Positions 22,562-36,577 of a DNA stretch of 64,000 nt are shown here, in pieces. The number at the start of each line of letters is the position of its first letter. Position 1 is the stretch's first letter. The notes beneath the pieces are model-generated. The model was given only the letters and a program-made list of their open reading frames with translations, searched no databases and was not told the DNA's origin. The position numbers and the translations under genes are program-made. Origin of the DNA: Octopus sinensis. Taxonomy: Eukaryota. The stretch is taken from the NCBI RefSeq assembly GCF_006345805.1, contig NC_043006.1, positions 62,248,001-62,312,000 of the forward strand, in the 5' to 3' direction.

Positions 22562-23458
22562 GTGAAAGAGGCCAACACAAATTAAGGCAAGGCATACTTC
22601 TCACTCAAGTTGTATACAATATTATTATTGGTAATAATGTCAAAGTCTTAGAGTTGTTTCTGAGTATGGGATATTGCTGCATTAGGGACAAGTAGGGGAA
22701 AATGGAGAAAATGAGAATGGTATATATATTTAATGAGATAACAACATAGAGGTTGGGAGTAAAGGAATAAGGAGATGGTGAGACGGAAGAAAAAGAAGCA
22801 TAAAAGTTCATAGTTCAACTTTCTGATGCTCTAGAACAACTCCTCGATGTTGAGGAAACAAGAGCATGTCCTGTGTAGATCTATAAGAGTTCAAATCCTG
22901 ATATAGTAAACATCCAGAGAAAAAACGACGCAAATATATCACCGTTCAATAACAGAATGTTAGCGTAGCGGAGGTGGTTATTAAGTGTAAAAGGAAAGAA
23001 AAGAAATATAAAGAGAGATAGATAGACGAAGGGGGGAATTTAAGGATTGGCCTTAAGATAAAGTAAGGTGTACAGGCGTATGGTGTATAAGAATTGTGTA
23101 GGGGGATGTTTACTGTATAAGGATTCTACCCACATGGATCTACGTAGGGTTGCACCTCAGGACTTATGCTTTTGTTTCTACAACATCGGAAGGTTGAACT
23201 ATAAACTTTTATGCTTCTTTTTTTTATCTCTCTCTCTCCATCTCCTTATTACTTTACTTCCTTCCTCTATATCGTCATCTCATTAATATATACCATTCTC
23301 ATTTTCCCTATTTGTCTCTGATGAAGGAATATCCCATACTCAGGGATATCCCTGAAACTGCTGCAAGACTTTGACATTTTTAGAATAATAATATTGTATA
23401 CAACTTGAGATGTGTGCCTTGCTTTCATGTTTGTTGTCCTTTTCAACAATTATATAGC
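22555..23458. mobile_element. ~900-bp fold-back element of two inverted ~355-bp pLTR-like arms (22555-22915 minus, 23104-23458 plus)
   Basis: Shared ggatgtttact, gttgaactat.aacttttatgcttc, ccattctcatttt, aagactttgacatt and aatattgtatacaacttgag. Both arms end at TA runs and carry a hammerhead-like motif. Confidence 0.8.
23313..23369 (+). ncRNA. Type I hammerhead ribozyme motif (Penelope-type)
   Basis: tgtct-CTGATGA-AGGAATATCCC atactca GGGATATCCCT-GAAAC-tgct-GCA-agac. Intact CUGANGA/GAAA core, 11-bp helix II with one mismatch, helix I gtct/agac. Triplet is GCA rather than GUH in this copy. Confidence 0.75.
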
Positions 23459-24569
23459 CGCTTCATCGGAAATCTGCAATGGCTCCGTAACTACCGCCTT
23501 GGATATAACCTTGGAGCCCTAGTAATCCGTTACAACACTTACCTAGCGTACCTAATATTTTAGAGCACCTGCGAACTAAAACCCATACTTTGTATGTATG
23601 TATATAAATATATATATTTGTTTTCCAAAAACTGAATACAAAACCTCTTGTGGTCACCATTGCCTTTCACTTTTTTGAGTCGATAAAATACCTTTGAATA
23701 TCATCAATATTATCAATTGTGCTGTACTACCTTAGAAATTTCAATAATATTGATCACGAGCTTCTGTGCATAACTAAGAAATAATCACCAATCGGCGTCT
23801 CTAAGTTTGATTTTATTACGAGTGCCTCGTTGTATCATCCATTGTCTTTTAATTACATCTATCTCTCTGCGTTCAGTTGGGATGCAGAAGGCTTTGTGTT
23901 GCTATCTATATTTCATGTTTTATAATTTTATGTTGTTTTAAGATTGTTTGTATTTGTTATTACAATTAAATTGCCCTATGAAAAACTGCTATGGTATCAG
24001 GAAAGAAGTTAATTTTAATATTCAGTTTTGTTTCTGTATTTGTTTTAATATGCATTTTAATATTCAATTGAATCTTCTGAGTTAAATTATTCCGCGATTG
24101 ATTTTTGGTAATCTTTTCATCCGAATACCATAAAAGAAATAACTAGAAATACTGGATCGATATAACGTACAGATCCCTTATTGGTATATTTAATATTTCA
24201 GTGATCGTTTTTATTACTGTTTTACATTTTACTACCGGGATGTAAGATGTGAGAGACCATTGTAGCATTTTCACTTGAAGTGTAAACAATCAAAGCTTCC
24301 AATTTAGATCAAAGTAACCATAGCAATACAATGGCGTCTGCTAAATCGACAACCAATCTTCCACACATTGGTTGCATGTAATCCTGGGACATATAGCTTA
24401 TTCATAATTATATGACAAAAAAAACAACCTGAATGGTTATGTAAAGAACAGGAAGTATAACATAAATCAAAGCAGTTCACACACACACACGCACACACGC
24501 ACACACACTCCAAGCATGCACGCGTACACCCGCATATACACACACGCATATAGTTCAAATTAACAGAAA

Positions 24570-25200
24570 CCAAATGACAACGACAGGTGAAGGAACAACA
24601 AGCAGGTGTATTAGCTCGCCGCTCGGGAAGAATGGAAAATTCTTTGATATTTCATACCTAAATGTTTCGAGACGAAAGCAAATGCAGGGAGGAAAAACTG
24701 TCTATGGATTAATGGTTCAATATGATGATATTGTGAGTTTTGAATTCTTATCATTCCATCGTGTACATGAGTTAAGTAGTAGAGAGAAACATCTGTACAA
24801 AATTCAATTTCGATTTTCAATCAATATTTAAGATATCTTCACTGCAGAAGGAATCAAATACAGTCATGCTTCATGGGAACAATACTTAGGAAGATCTCAT
24901 AGACTATCATTTCATATGTCTCTTGCGTCACAAGCTGTTTGAAAAGATCATTTGTACCAGACTATTAAAACATCTCAACTAGCAAGAATCGAGATAACAA
25001 GCAAGGTGTCGAAAGAACTAAAGGACAGACCATATATTTACTCTAACAGAGTTTCTAGAAAGTGCGAACAATATACCCTTTCTGTCTGTGACATCCTACG
25101 AGATCCTACTAATAAGCTTTGGATAGCGTCATGTTAAATGTAGTATCGAAGGCACACAAGAGGCAAGAAAATGAGACACCATTTTATGTTGGAAGTGAAC
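24570..25200 (+). pseudogene. RTE-clade LINE RT fragment
   Basis: Frameshifted HKLFEKIICTRLLKHL..QAR.RK..RTDHIFTLTEFLESAN resembles RTE RT domains 2-3. Confidence 0.6.
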
Positions 25201-25591
25201 TCTGTACAAATGATAACAATCATACTGCCACGACAGTAAAATATTCAGTCGGCAAGGTAATCAAATAATATGCCATATCTCCAGATTTTTGAAGGTATGT
25301 CTCGAAATATTCGTCAGATATCGACCTCGGTAGCATTTAAACTCAGAGCGCTAAGCCAGAATATAAGGTAAGCATTGTATCCGGCGCGACAAGAAATCTA
25401 CAAGAAAATAAGATGATACAAAGCAACCAGTCCTTTACTTATTTCTTTTCGTTATAACGTAATCAAAATATTCACTGCATCACACACTCACGCACGCACG
25501 CACACGCACACACATATTTAAAAGATAGTTGTTAACTGTGGGTATTTTAACTTATGAACTTATATATGCTTAAAGTTTATACGTAAGATAT

Positions 25592-25666
<75 letters not shown>

Positions 25667-25951
25667 GTATATATATTCAAAAGGATATAATGAACAAGCG
25701 TCTTAGTTGTTCAAACAACTTTCTAAAGATCCCATATTTTCACATTATTTAACATAAATACATATTTAAAACGTCTGGGCATTCAACAATAAAACTCAAA
25801 AACATTTATATATATATATATATATATATATAAGTAGTTGTATACTGTCAACTTAATGTGACAGTATACAACTACTTTATCGTACCACTACTGCATAAAT
25901 CTCTTTCAGATATTTAGAACTGTATATATATGTACATACATACATACATAC

Positions 25952-25982
<31 letters not shown>

Positions 25983-26099
25983 CATACATACATACAAAAG
26001 GTGATAAAACCTGCAAAAACAGTACAGATGGAGTCGTATGATGAAAAAATCATGGAATAAATAAATGAATGTAAGCAGCGATGAAAAGGTTGAAAGGAT

Positions 26100-27020
26100 A
26101 AATATTAAATATTAATATATAAGACAAAACCAGAAAGTATTTCAGAGTCCATTTCTACGGCCGTTTGAAATGACGTTGCCAAATTTGAATGATGCATTTA
26201 AAGCACTAAGGAAATTTACTGGCAATGACCCTTTCATCAGGAAAATTTATCCTCAAGGATATTTCATATTCTGGTGGTCTATCAACATTTTTATTGCCTA
26301 TGTACACTCATAAATGTTTGTTCATTCTCAACATTCGTGCCACATCGTTCCATGTCATATATATCGTAGAACAATAGTGGACTAAACCTTTCATATCCCA
26401 CCAAACAGATAACAACATCTTACTTGTTTGGGGACCCTCTTTAGCTTGGGGTGCTGATGTTTCTTCTTTCCTTTGGTGCTTTACATTTTTATAGAGAGCC
26501 TATTTCTCGTCACTAGTCCAAAAAAGGTCCATTTTTGAGACGTCACAGCAAAGAAGAGCACACATTCATTCACTGCGCGCGATTAGACTCGGAAAATTTG
26601 TGAAGAACCCATTGTCTGAATTTGCTGTCTTTTCCAATAGCATACAGTTGTCGATGAATGATAGAATGACAAATTTTAAACTTCTCTGCTTGTTCGTCAA
26701 CAGTTACGATGAGATTTTGTTCCACCAGGTTTGCAGGACGTCTTCCTCGAACTCCACAGATCTTCCAGGACACGAATCCTTTTCTAGTGTGTAGTTTCCC
26801 TCCCGGAATTTCTGGAACCACTGTTAACACTGGCTTACGCTTATTATCCGACCCCCATATACTGCATCAATATTTCTCACACTTTCCGTTGCGTTGATGC
26901 CTTTACTTAACACATAATGCAATGCATGCTGATTAAGTTCATGTGACACTTACAATATAGCTTTGAAAAAGTAACTGTTAAAATAGAATTGCACTCTTCA
27001 AAACTTGAACTAAGAATAAG
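26100..27020 (-). mobile_element. Decayed Tc1/mariner transposase remnant
   Basis: YVLSKGINATESVRNIDAVYG; GRRPANL; IIHRQLYAIGKDSKFRQWVLHKFSESNR (WVPHEL-like); KMLLSVWWDMKGLVHY. Confidence 0.8.
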
Positions 27021-28824
27021 TTCAAGGTAAGATTGCTACCTACATTCATAGCAAGTTGATGCAGGTACTTTTTTCCGTCTCCCTCCAACTGTTAGTTCTT
27101 GCAACTGAAAAACCCGAATTATTTATGAGATGACACAATACACTTGCTAGCATTCCCTTTGACCAGAAAACTAGTCTGAAACTAGCATGAAATGAAGTGC
27201 TTTGCTGAAGAATAGAACGCACAGTCAGGTTATAAGTCCACTGACATCGACGAAATACTTCCCGACTGCTACTATTTATAGTCAGTCGGTCAAGTCTATT
27301 CTCGCAGCGGGGTGTCATAACTCTCTACCTAACACAAAATTGCTTCAGTTGACTCTGCTTTAGAAATCATTGATATTTTCTGATGTTGATACTATGTGGA
27401 TTATTTACATGCTTATATCTCAGAGACATGCATAAGCTTTGTAAATATGATCACAGAAATCAAAAAGTATATCATGTAAAGTGTTTTAACCAATTTGATT
27501 TTTCTCAAATGTTAGATCAACTAATTAATGTTATTAATGTTCTTACAATAAAAATTGAAAACTTATCTATTAAATGATTATGATTTTCCAAGAAAACCAG
27601 AACTGAGAGAATTTGATTTTCACCAAGTGCTACTGCACTTTGGTAGATTCATTTCAGAGTAATTAACATAACAAGTTAACCAGGATGCCTTAAGATAATT
27701 GTCGATCTGCTAGGAATACCATCCAAATTTCGTTAAAAAAAAATAGGTATACTATATCTAAAGCTAATGCAAACTAGATACAGAAATATTTCACATCAAG
27801 ATAAATCAACCCCATCAAGTTTGCATAGGGATTACACAACTGCAATAATCATTACGATACATAAATTATTCTTAGATGTTTCCTTGCCTCACCCACTGCA
27901 TATGTAACAAAATATTTTGTGTATTGGAGCAACGAATTTCATTGAAGTTATTGCGTAACACGATTGAAAATTGTACGTGCAACAAATGTTTTTTAAAAAA
28001 GGTATTATTTTCCATGAAATAAGTAAAGGTATACAACATTTTAAATTTTCTTATTTAAAATTTAATAACGCCTAATAGTTATAGGTTTTAGTTTAAAACA
28101 TTTTCTTCGATTGCATAATAAAACAAGAGATTTTATTTGTTTCTTAATTTCAATTATTATACACTGAATTCCTTTTCCTCTTTAATTATGTTTTATCAAC
28201 GTAATCAGTGACAATTCCAAGTGATTCCATGCTTTTATGAAATTAGTTAGCTTTTCAATGTTTTAGTCTATAGCCAAAATGAGAAGGCAAAGAAAGTGTG
28301 AGGGAGAAAGGTAGAAAATTGGTGTATGATTATAGAAGAGTGTGTTAGTCTGTGTGTGACTGAGTCGTTTTAATAAATAAATATTAAACTAGTCACCCGT
28401 TTCACTAAATCTATGCATTCATTATATATAGGTGTACAAGTATTGACAAGCCACAGCGAGCAAAAACTTAATTGCAAAGTCTTTACAGCTTACTTTTGAA
28501 TAGCAAATATGTCCAAACGCTGTTGACTATGTCAGTCAGAGTTTAAATGAAACGGAAAATTACATCAATTTGAAGATAAAAATGTTCATAGCATCATCGA
28601 AACTAAACTTTCGATGTATTTTTCATGTTAAATTCACTTTCTTTTATATTTTTATTTACATTCAGATTCCTTTTGTTCACATTAAACATTGATAATTAGC
28701 AACCGAGATATAAATTGGCATCATACATACATATGTGTGTGCGCGCGTGTTTAGATGCACACACATGCACACACACAAACATATATATTTATATATATAT
28801 ATATATATATGTACATACACACAC

Positions 28825-28870
<46 letters not shown>

Positions 28871-30316
28871 TTATATTCGTATATATCGAGAGAGATGGAG
28901 TGTATTTGTGCGCGCAAATGCGTGTGTATGTGTTTGAGAGAAAGAGAGTGTCCATGCGTGCCTGACACAGTTATTTATGGATATATTTTTTAAAATTTAT
29001 TTTCTGTATTGGGTGCTATGACGAAGGATATTTAAATTAAATGTAAGAAGAAAGAAAAAAGAAATGATTAGAAATGTTATTTGAATGATATTGAAAAAAA
29101 ATATTTTTTGATAACATCTTCATAAATCAACAGAAAGTTGCCAAACAGATTGAAAATATATAATTATTCGTTGTATAAAGATCAAGAGAAAATATATAAG
29201 TTGTTTTGTTTTATTTTTTAATTGCTAGTGTAGATATACTATTTATGCTGTCAAACAAAATAATAATGCCAGCAACAACAATATTGTTACCATCATCATT
29301 ATTAGTAGAATCGTCATCAGAGCATTGGACAAATTTACGTTCTTAGTTCGAATCCTTGGAGTGATTGACAATGTTCTTTTACACTATTGGATTCGCATAT
29401 CAATCAAAGTTTAGTGATCGTCAAATATATTGATTCCATCCTCGCACTTCTTGGCTTTGAGCCAATCTTAGAAACGTTCATCCTTTTTGAGGTTAAGTCA
29501 CGATTTCTTAAAACATGCTGGAATTGTTATATTTGCCCCTTTATATCTCTGTAATGTGATCGGCGTCAATACCGAGCTGAATGTGAAATTCTGCAATGAT
29601 AAATGATTTTGTATGCATTTTTTGATGCTGCTTTATCATACACTAAAATGTTGAGGACACTTCTAAAATATTTTGTTCGGTAATAATAGATCACATCAGG
29701 TCGACCAATTTCTTCCGTACGTACGGTTTTGACTTTCTTTCAAAGTTACATTCTTGTTCTCATTACTGTCCGCCAGTCAATCAGTAGAATCGTTACCGTG
29801 TCGGACAAATCGCTTAGTGGACAAATTGCTTAGTGGCCGGAATAATTAGAGCATCAGAAACATACTATGTGGTATTTCTTCAATTATTATCTAAGTTGAT
29901 ATTTCACTGAGCAATTCATAAAATACCCGTCAATCTCTACATGCAGTGATATCGATTATATCTTGCTTTCAAAATTGTTGCGGTTGAACCTGCATAAGAA
30001 ACCATTGATATTTTCTGACTTTGATAATTGTGTTTTGTAGTTCAATACCTTATTTTCATCTTGAATCTCCTGTTTCACAAGGTTAGACAGGATATATATT
30101 GTTACTTGGAAGACGGAACCATTCGTATTGTGCTTTTGTTAAAATTTTACGTGTTAATTTTTCCAGTTCTCTTCACGTCCTCCATTCTTTGTGGTATGAT
30201 ATGTGTGATTATGTCGCATATTATGAATATCTCAATGCTGGACTATTTGAGAGGGTTTTTCTATCATTTTGCATTGGTGTGTCCACTAGGATGACAAAAT
30301 TATCGTTGTTGGGAAC

Positions 30317-31582
30317 TATCAAATCATAAATAATGAAATGTCCGATTTTGAACTGAAAATTAATTTTACTTTATTTCAACAAAAAGCAATGTAGTTAATC
30401 AAAGTATTCACCTAAATTATCAATACAATTGTGCCATATTTCGATAGCTTATTTATACTAGCAGCAAAGAAATCCGGAGACTAAGAGGTGATGAAATCAC
30501 GAAAGGATGTTTTTACACCTTCTTCAGGTTAGAGGTTTCCCCTTGCAAAACGTGGTTTAATGGCTGGAAAACGTGATAGTCAGTCGGTGCAAGGTCTGGT
30601 GAATACGGGGGATGAAAGATTATTTTCAAGTTCACTTCCTGTAACTTGAGTAGCGTTCTTTGTGCAACATTTGGTCAGGCATTGTCTTGCAAAAGAATTG
30701 GGCTGTCTCTGTTGACCAATCTCGGTTGTTTAATTGTAATTTCACTCATGATTTCATCCAGTTGGTTGATGTATACATCTGCTGTAATTGACTACATATG
30801 TCTCATTAAGCTGTAGTTGGTAACACTAACGCTGGATCACTAAACAGACACCATTAGCATTTTTTGGTGAATATTCTTTTTTGGATTGCGCTTTGGCACT
30901 TCCTCTCTATCAAACCACCCTGTAGAATGCTTGCAATGTTTGAAAAGAACCAATTTTTCACCACACGTAACAATAAGGTGCAAAATAGTCCGCATTTATG
31001 CCGTGGCAGCAAATAGCAGCAAGTTTGAAGACGATGTGTCTTTTGATGCTCGTCCATTCGCGTGCAACACACTTCTCCAGCTTCTTTAGTTTGCCGATTT
31101 GTTTCAGATGGTCCAATACAGTTTGAATCGAAACATCAAGCCTTGCTGTTGACTCAGACGTAGTTTAAGATGTATGCGCTTCCACTACAGTTTCCAGCTC
31201 AACATTATCCACCTTGGTCTCATGTCTAGCACGGGGTTGACTTTGAAGAGTAACGTCGCCAGACCGGAACTTCTCAAACCATCGATGTACAGAGCGCCCA
31301 TTCGCTCCATTTTCTCCAAACACCTCACTGATATTTCGAGCTGTCTTTGATGCATTGGTTCCACGACGGAACTCATATTTATAAGCAAAACACGGGTTCA
31401 CAAAAACTGGTTTACAAGAGAAAACTCACAATATAGTCAGACACCATGAATTGCATTTCGAAAAGTGATGATATAACTCTTCAGTGTTGTAAAACAAAGA
31501 ATTGTCGGGATAAAACATTAGATTACGACTGACAAACTTGGTGCAAAAGAAAATCAGAGATTTCATTCTTAATTACCTGATA
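30317..31582 (-). mobile_element. Decayed full-size mariner (~1.27 kb) with imperfect TIRs
   Basis: N-terminal HTH YEFRRGTNASKTARNISEVFGE...VHRWFEKFRSGD. TIR pair tatcaaatcataaataatgaaatgtccgatttt / rc tatcaggtaattaagaatgaaatctctgatttt with terminal TA. Confidence 0.82.
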
Positions 31583-32893
31583 TTTTAGTGTCTGATCATG
31601 CCTACTTTCAGATTTGCTATTGCACGTATACTACTGTCATTTTGTAGTAAATATATTTGTTTACTGCAAAACTGGACAGCTGGAGATGATGTGGTCAATG
31701 TCTTCTTCAAAGGGTCCACAAATGTTACTTTTGATGGTGTAATTGTGGTATGATTTGGTGCTAGACATTGATCTCGATTAGCCATAGTATTGCCTCTGTC
31801 CCTGCTTTGACGCTGCTTCTAGTACAATAACATACACGATTAAAAATAGCCGACATTAGAAAAAACAAACCTAGGAAAAATATGGCAAAATAGTAGAATG
31901 GGATCATTGACCAGGAAAAGTTGTGCTCTCTGTCTATTGCTTAAATCTGCGGTTTTAACTTACCAATTTGTTACCATGAAGTGGAATCCGGAGGAGGGAC
32001 CAAGGGTAGCAAAGTAATGCTTCGAAGACACAAAAACAAATAAAGCACAGAAAGAAATAAGCAAGTGGAACGCATGAATACACATGATGTTCACTTCTAC
32101 TTCTTGAAGTTAAAGAAATTCACGGCTCTTAGTTATGAGCTGATGGTCCTATTATTGAGACGACGGAATAAATTGTGTATATGATGATTGGAAAGAAGAC
32201 TGGGTGAAGTTTTGTGAAACATTTAAGTGATACTCACAGACACCTTCTAGAGGTTCGTTGTGGGGTCACAATTACTTGACGTTAACTGAGTATCACAGGG
32301 ATCGCATGCTTCAACGTTATGATTGTGCATTGATGGTGGTGGTGAGGAAGCTATCTAGAGGATGCAATTTACTCGTATAGTAGCTGCCATATCTGACAGT
32401 AATACCACCACTGTTTGCTACTTCGGTTATAAGAGTAGCCTAATCCCTTGGCTAGATAAGGATAGTGTGCTGAGAATTGGTCATAGCGCTAGAGCTAAAG
32501 GTCCGCTCCCGTAAGGAGGTCCAGGGATGTTCTATAGTTACTGATTGAGGGTTGCGGGTTAGATTGTGTCCTGTTTGCGTAATAAGTTTTATTCGCATTT
32601 GTATCAGTTCCAATTGCTAACTCTGAGTTATATTGAAATTATCACATTATCGAATTAGTCGGAAATTCGATATAGGAAAAAGTATATAGCGCTTTATGCC
32701 AGTTATATATTAATTGGCATTTTATCGTATACTGCCCTCTATATTGAGGATTAAATCTGCAATACTTATTATATAACTTACATTTTTAATTGTCTTAGTA
32801 TACTGTATAGCTCCCTTATGCTGTTTTTCTTTTATACGTCCCTAATTATTCTTACAGCTCTGGTAACACGTTAGTATTATTAAAATATTTCAA

Positions 32894-33095
32894 GGCGGCA
32901 AATGACAAAATTGTGAAGCACGCCGGACAAAATGCTTAGCGGCATTTCGTCCGTCTTTATGTTCTGAGTTAAAATTCCGCCACGGCCGACTTCGTCTTTC
33001 ACCATTTTGAGGTCGATAAAATAAGTACCAGTTAATTACTTGGATGACTGAGCCCCTTCCCCCAAATTGCTGGATTTTGAGCCAACTGTTGAAAC
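32894..33095 (+). mobile_element. tRNA-derived SINE (family of 43095-43322)
   Basis: gcacgccggacaaaatgcttagcggcatt...gaggtcgataaaataagtaccag. Confidence 0.75.
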
Positions 33096-34809
33096 CAATA
33101 TCAATATATTTCTTTGCATATGCCTATTTCAGCAAGTAGATGAAGTTATATATTTTTTTAATGTAACTTGGGAAATTTGTCATTAATAAATCTGTTGATT
33201 TCATTAACACAAGACACAGAGACCATGCAGGCAAGTAACTGCATAAAGGGCAAGACATGAAATAAAGCTACTTGTTAAACGATAAAATGATATGAATGAA
33301 GTAAAATAAAATATAGTCGAAATCTACTTGCCGACTTTCAAAGAAGAAATGTGTTACACTACATAGTCGCACAAAGTCACACACCCACGCATACACCCCA
33401 CTCCACACGCACACACAGTGCGACAGACATACAAACAGACAGGCAGACAGACTTATGCATGCATATATGAATCTACCCTTTGGTCCGATTTTAATCGTTT
33501 CTAACACTGAGAGCAACGACACTTGAAGAAAGAAGTGAATTGATGATGATAAAAGTGTCAAACGACCCCATAATGTATTTATTAACTGTTTGATAGCTAG
33601 CCAGGATAGCTACTCTCATGCCAAATTGCTCATTTCTTATGAGAATGCTCTGGTGTCAAATGTCAAAATGTGCGCAGTAATTGCCTGTGCAAAGGAAGAA
33701 ATGAATTTGAAGTTTGAAAGTTGTAAAATTGTGAAGCCTGTCGTAATGAAATTAATATACACTAAAGTGTATACAGTTCTGGCTGTGAACAAGTTAAACA
33801 CAAAAACAAATACTAACAGTCACAATATTTGGTAATGAAAGCTCAATTTGCAATCTCACTCAAATTTGAAGTCAGAAAATATTGATCAAAATTGTAATAA
33901 AAAGGGAATTTCAGGGTTGTTTAGCACCTTACTGGTTCCTGATTGAGAAGATCAAAGGCTTTCAGTATCGATCATCACTTCCTCCTCTCCCAGATTATTT
34001 GCCCAATATCCACTTTGAAAATTGTTTTCATACTGTAGGCTGTGAATTGCGTGGAATTTTGTTGTTATTGTTGTTTTAAGTGAGTGGCCACGTGGAGATG
34101 TCCTCGTTGTTTCGTAAACTACAGAGTAATTCCAAAAGATGTGTATGTACCTTGTGAAATATATTGTCAATAAAGTTAACCTCTAGACATTGATCATTTG
34201 GAAAAAAAAATATTTGTCAAAATTTGAACTATCATGACAAAGATTGACAACATAACAACAAAAACAACGTCTCCACAAGGGTGTATAAGAAATAAAATAT
34301 GGGAATGAATACGAATGAATATTTTAATGACTTTTAGATATAACATAGAAAAGATGGCCAAACTTTAGCAACAGTGGCAACAATACCAGAGAAGATGGAC
34401 GCATGTGTGAGGCATTTTTTGAATCATCCAAATTGAAAGATACTTGATTACAGTTATCACAGAGAATTTGCGCTGTTGGGATACGAAAGTCATTTTAAGC
34501 GATATCATTAATGAGGTTGGATTTAGACCGTGGTCATCTTCGAAGCAGAAAATAGTCAAGTATTAAATGATCAGGTGCTTAGGCGAGATAAACACGTAGG
34601 GACGCGAAGTTCTATGTGTCCCACGTAGACACAAAACGTTATCAGAATTAGGTTCTGTAGTGAGTTTTTTCAAAGAAAAACAAACTTAATAGCTGATCAT
34701 TCAGCATATAGATAGCTCTGCCGCTACATACGCGATAGCAAAGTCGGCTTTCTGCCTAGAAATGCAACTTACTCCAAAACAGAAAAATAATAAAACTGAA
34801 ATGTAAAAG

Positions 34810-35877
34810 CATTAAAGAATTAGAACTATCTTCACTTTCTTCCTTTACAATATCTGGGCTATTTCTTACTTAAAAGGTTTGTATTTATCTATCTCTCCAC
34901 CTTACTTCTTAACTAGTCTTGCGTCAACATCACCTATATAGTATATGCGGTACATCTTGTCGACTACCATGCTGTAGTACCTGATCTATTTGGATTGGAA
35001 AATCCCAGCGGATTTTGCTAGTCTCTGACTCCATCACTATTTGTGGATTGTGCTCACAACACGCTATGCCTCTCTCTGGCCTCCATTTCGCACAGTTTCG
35101 AATATGGCACTTTCGCTACCTGATTGTGTCATAACATGTAGTGGTTTTGGGCATTCGTTCGTGATATCGGCAATGGTTTCATCCACTCTATCACAGATGC
35201 GGCATAGCGGAGACACTTGCTTATTCCTAAGGTTGACCCGCCAGTCCGTTGCCAAATCTTTGTCTTGCTCTGCCAGTATCAATGCTGTCGGTCTCTTTTT
35301 TAAGTGTTCCTTTCTTCAGCCAATCCCACCTATTTTTTCCCAGCGACTTTTCTTGTGGCTATATTGAATTGATTCTGTAGTCCCTTCTTGCGTAATTCTT
35401 CATGTCCTTTTTGGATCTCTTTCTTTGTTTTTTCCTATTATCTCTGCTTTCAATGTTCCCGCGTTCCTAACTGACACTAGCAAGATTTCGTTACTTTGAG
35501 CAGATATCTCATTAAGACCTTGCGTTCGATACATAAGCAGTTTGCAACACTCAGCCATCCTCTTCCTTTATTTGCTCTCTTTATGTATAGGATATCAGTG
35601 TTTGCACGTGGATGATAGGCTCCTTGCACCATTAGGATATTTCTTGACTTCCTGTCCAACTCCTTTAGCTCCTCCTCTGTCCACTTCAAGATTCCAGCGT
35701 CATACCAAACTACTGCAACTGAGCGAGTTTATTATGTTTCTAGCATTCAGCTCTGAAGCCAATATTTCTCTCTCTTTTGTACTCTCGTTTCGTCTTTTTC
35801 TTCATGTCATTGTGTTTAATTCCATCTGCCTCAAATATTCCCAGGTATTTATAATCGGTTGGATTACCTTCATCTCA
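34810..35877 (-). mobile_element. 5'-truncated R4/Dong-clade LINE fragment (family D)
   Basis: DYKYLGIFEADGIKHNDMK; KWTEEELKELDRKSR; YHPRANTDILYIKRANKGRG; CRICDRVDETIADITNECP; KIRWDFPIQ. Its 5' end abuts (AAT)n on the minus strand. Confidence 0.85.
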
Positions 35878-35948
<71 letters not shown>

Positions 35949-35955
35949 CATCATT
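35878..35955 (-). repeat. (AAT)n array on the minus strand
   Basis: Direct (ATT)n on plus. Confidence 0.97.
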
Positions 35956-36510
35956 GAGTGAGAGAGCAGTTCATGCCATCAAAGTGACACTGGGGTAAAA
36001 TATACGAAGCCCAATATACCCATCATGACTACCTGTCTGATAAAGGTACACCAGGCACATGCATCACAACCATATGTGCGCGACATGGTGATCTCATATC
36101 AAGATAAACAGCACATGACCTTGCAGGTGGGGCCCAGTTAGAATTTTCTTCAGGTTGAGTAGCTCATCCCGCTCAAACGGTCCCTGAATAAGGGTTGTTT
36201 AAGGATGTTGAAAGAACCACCCATGTTTCCAGAGGTGAACTATTCAAACCCCAAAGACTCCCTCTCAACACATGGCTATGATGCTCCCCCACTACTTCTG
36301 CTCGTGATCAGAGATGCACATATCGTCAGCCACTAAGGGACATGCTCAACTGGTTAAGGTCAAACAACTGACAAGCAAATCTGTGGTATTGAGCAGAATA
36401 TTTGCTGTAGCCCATCTTTTATACCAAGACAAAACAATGTACATGATAACACTTCCAATCAGTTAAGATCAGAAGCCATGAGAGCCACTGCCTGGTACTG
36501 CATCAGGGCA
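35956..36510 (-). mobile_element. Complete copy of E555 (~555 bp, non-coding)
   Basis: Contains all segments seen in the four other copies. (AAT)n on both sides on its own strand. Confidence 0.88.
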
Positions 36511-36542
<32 letters not shown>

Positions 36543-36577
36543 CATTATTAATATTATTGTTGTTGTTGTTATTATTA

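Noticed and set aside
35956-36510. HDV-like ribozyme in E555 or in the family B 5' UTR
   Set aside because: I could not fit the nested P1/P2/P3/P1.1 double pseudoknot by eye in either orientation. A descriptor search (e.g. RNArobo) would be needed to exclude it.
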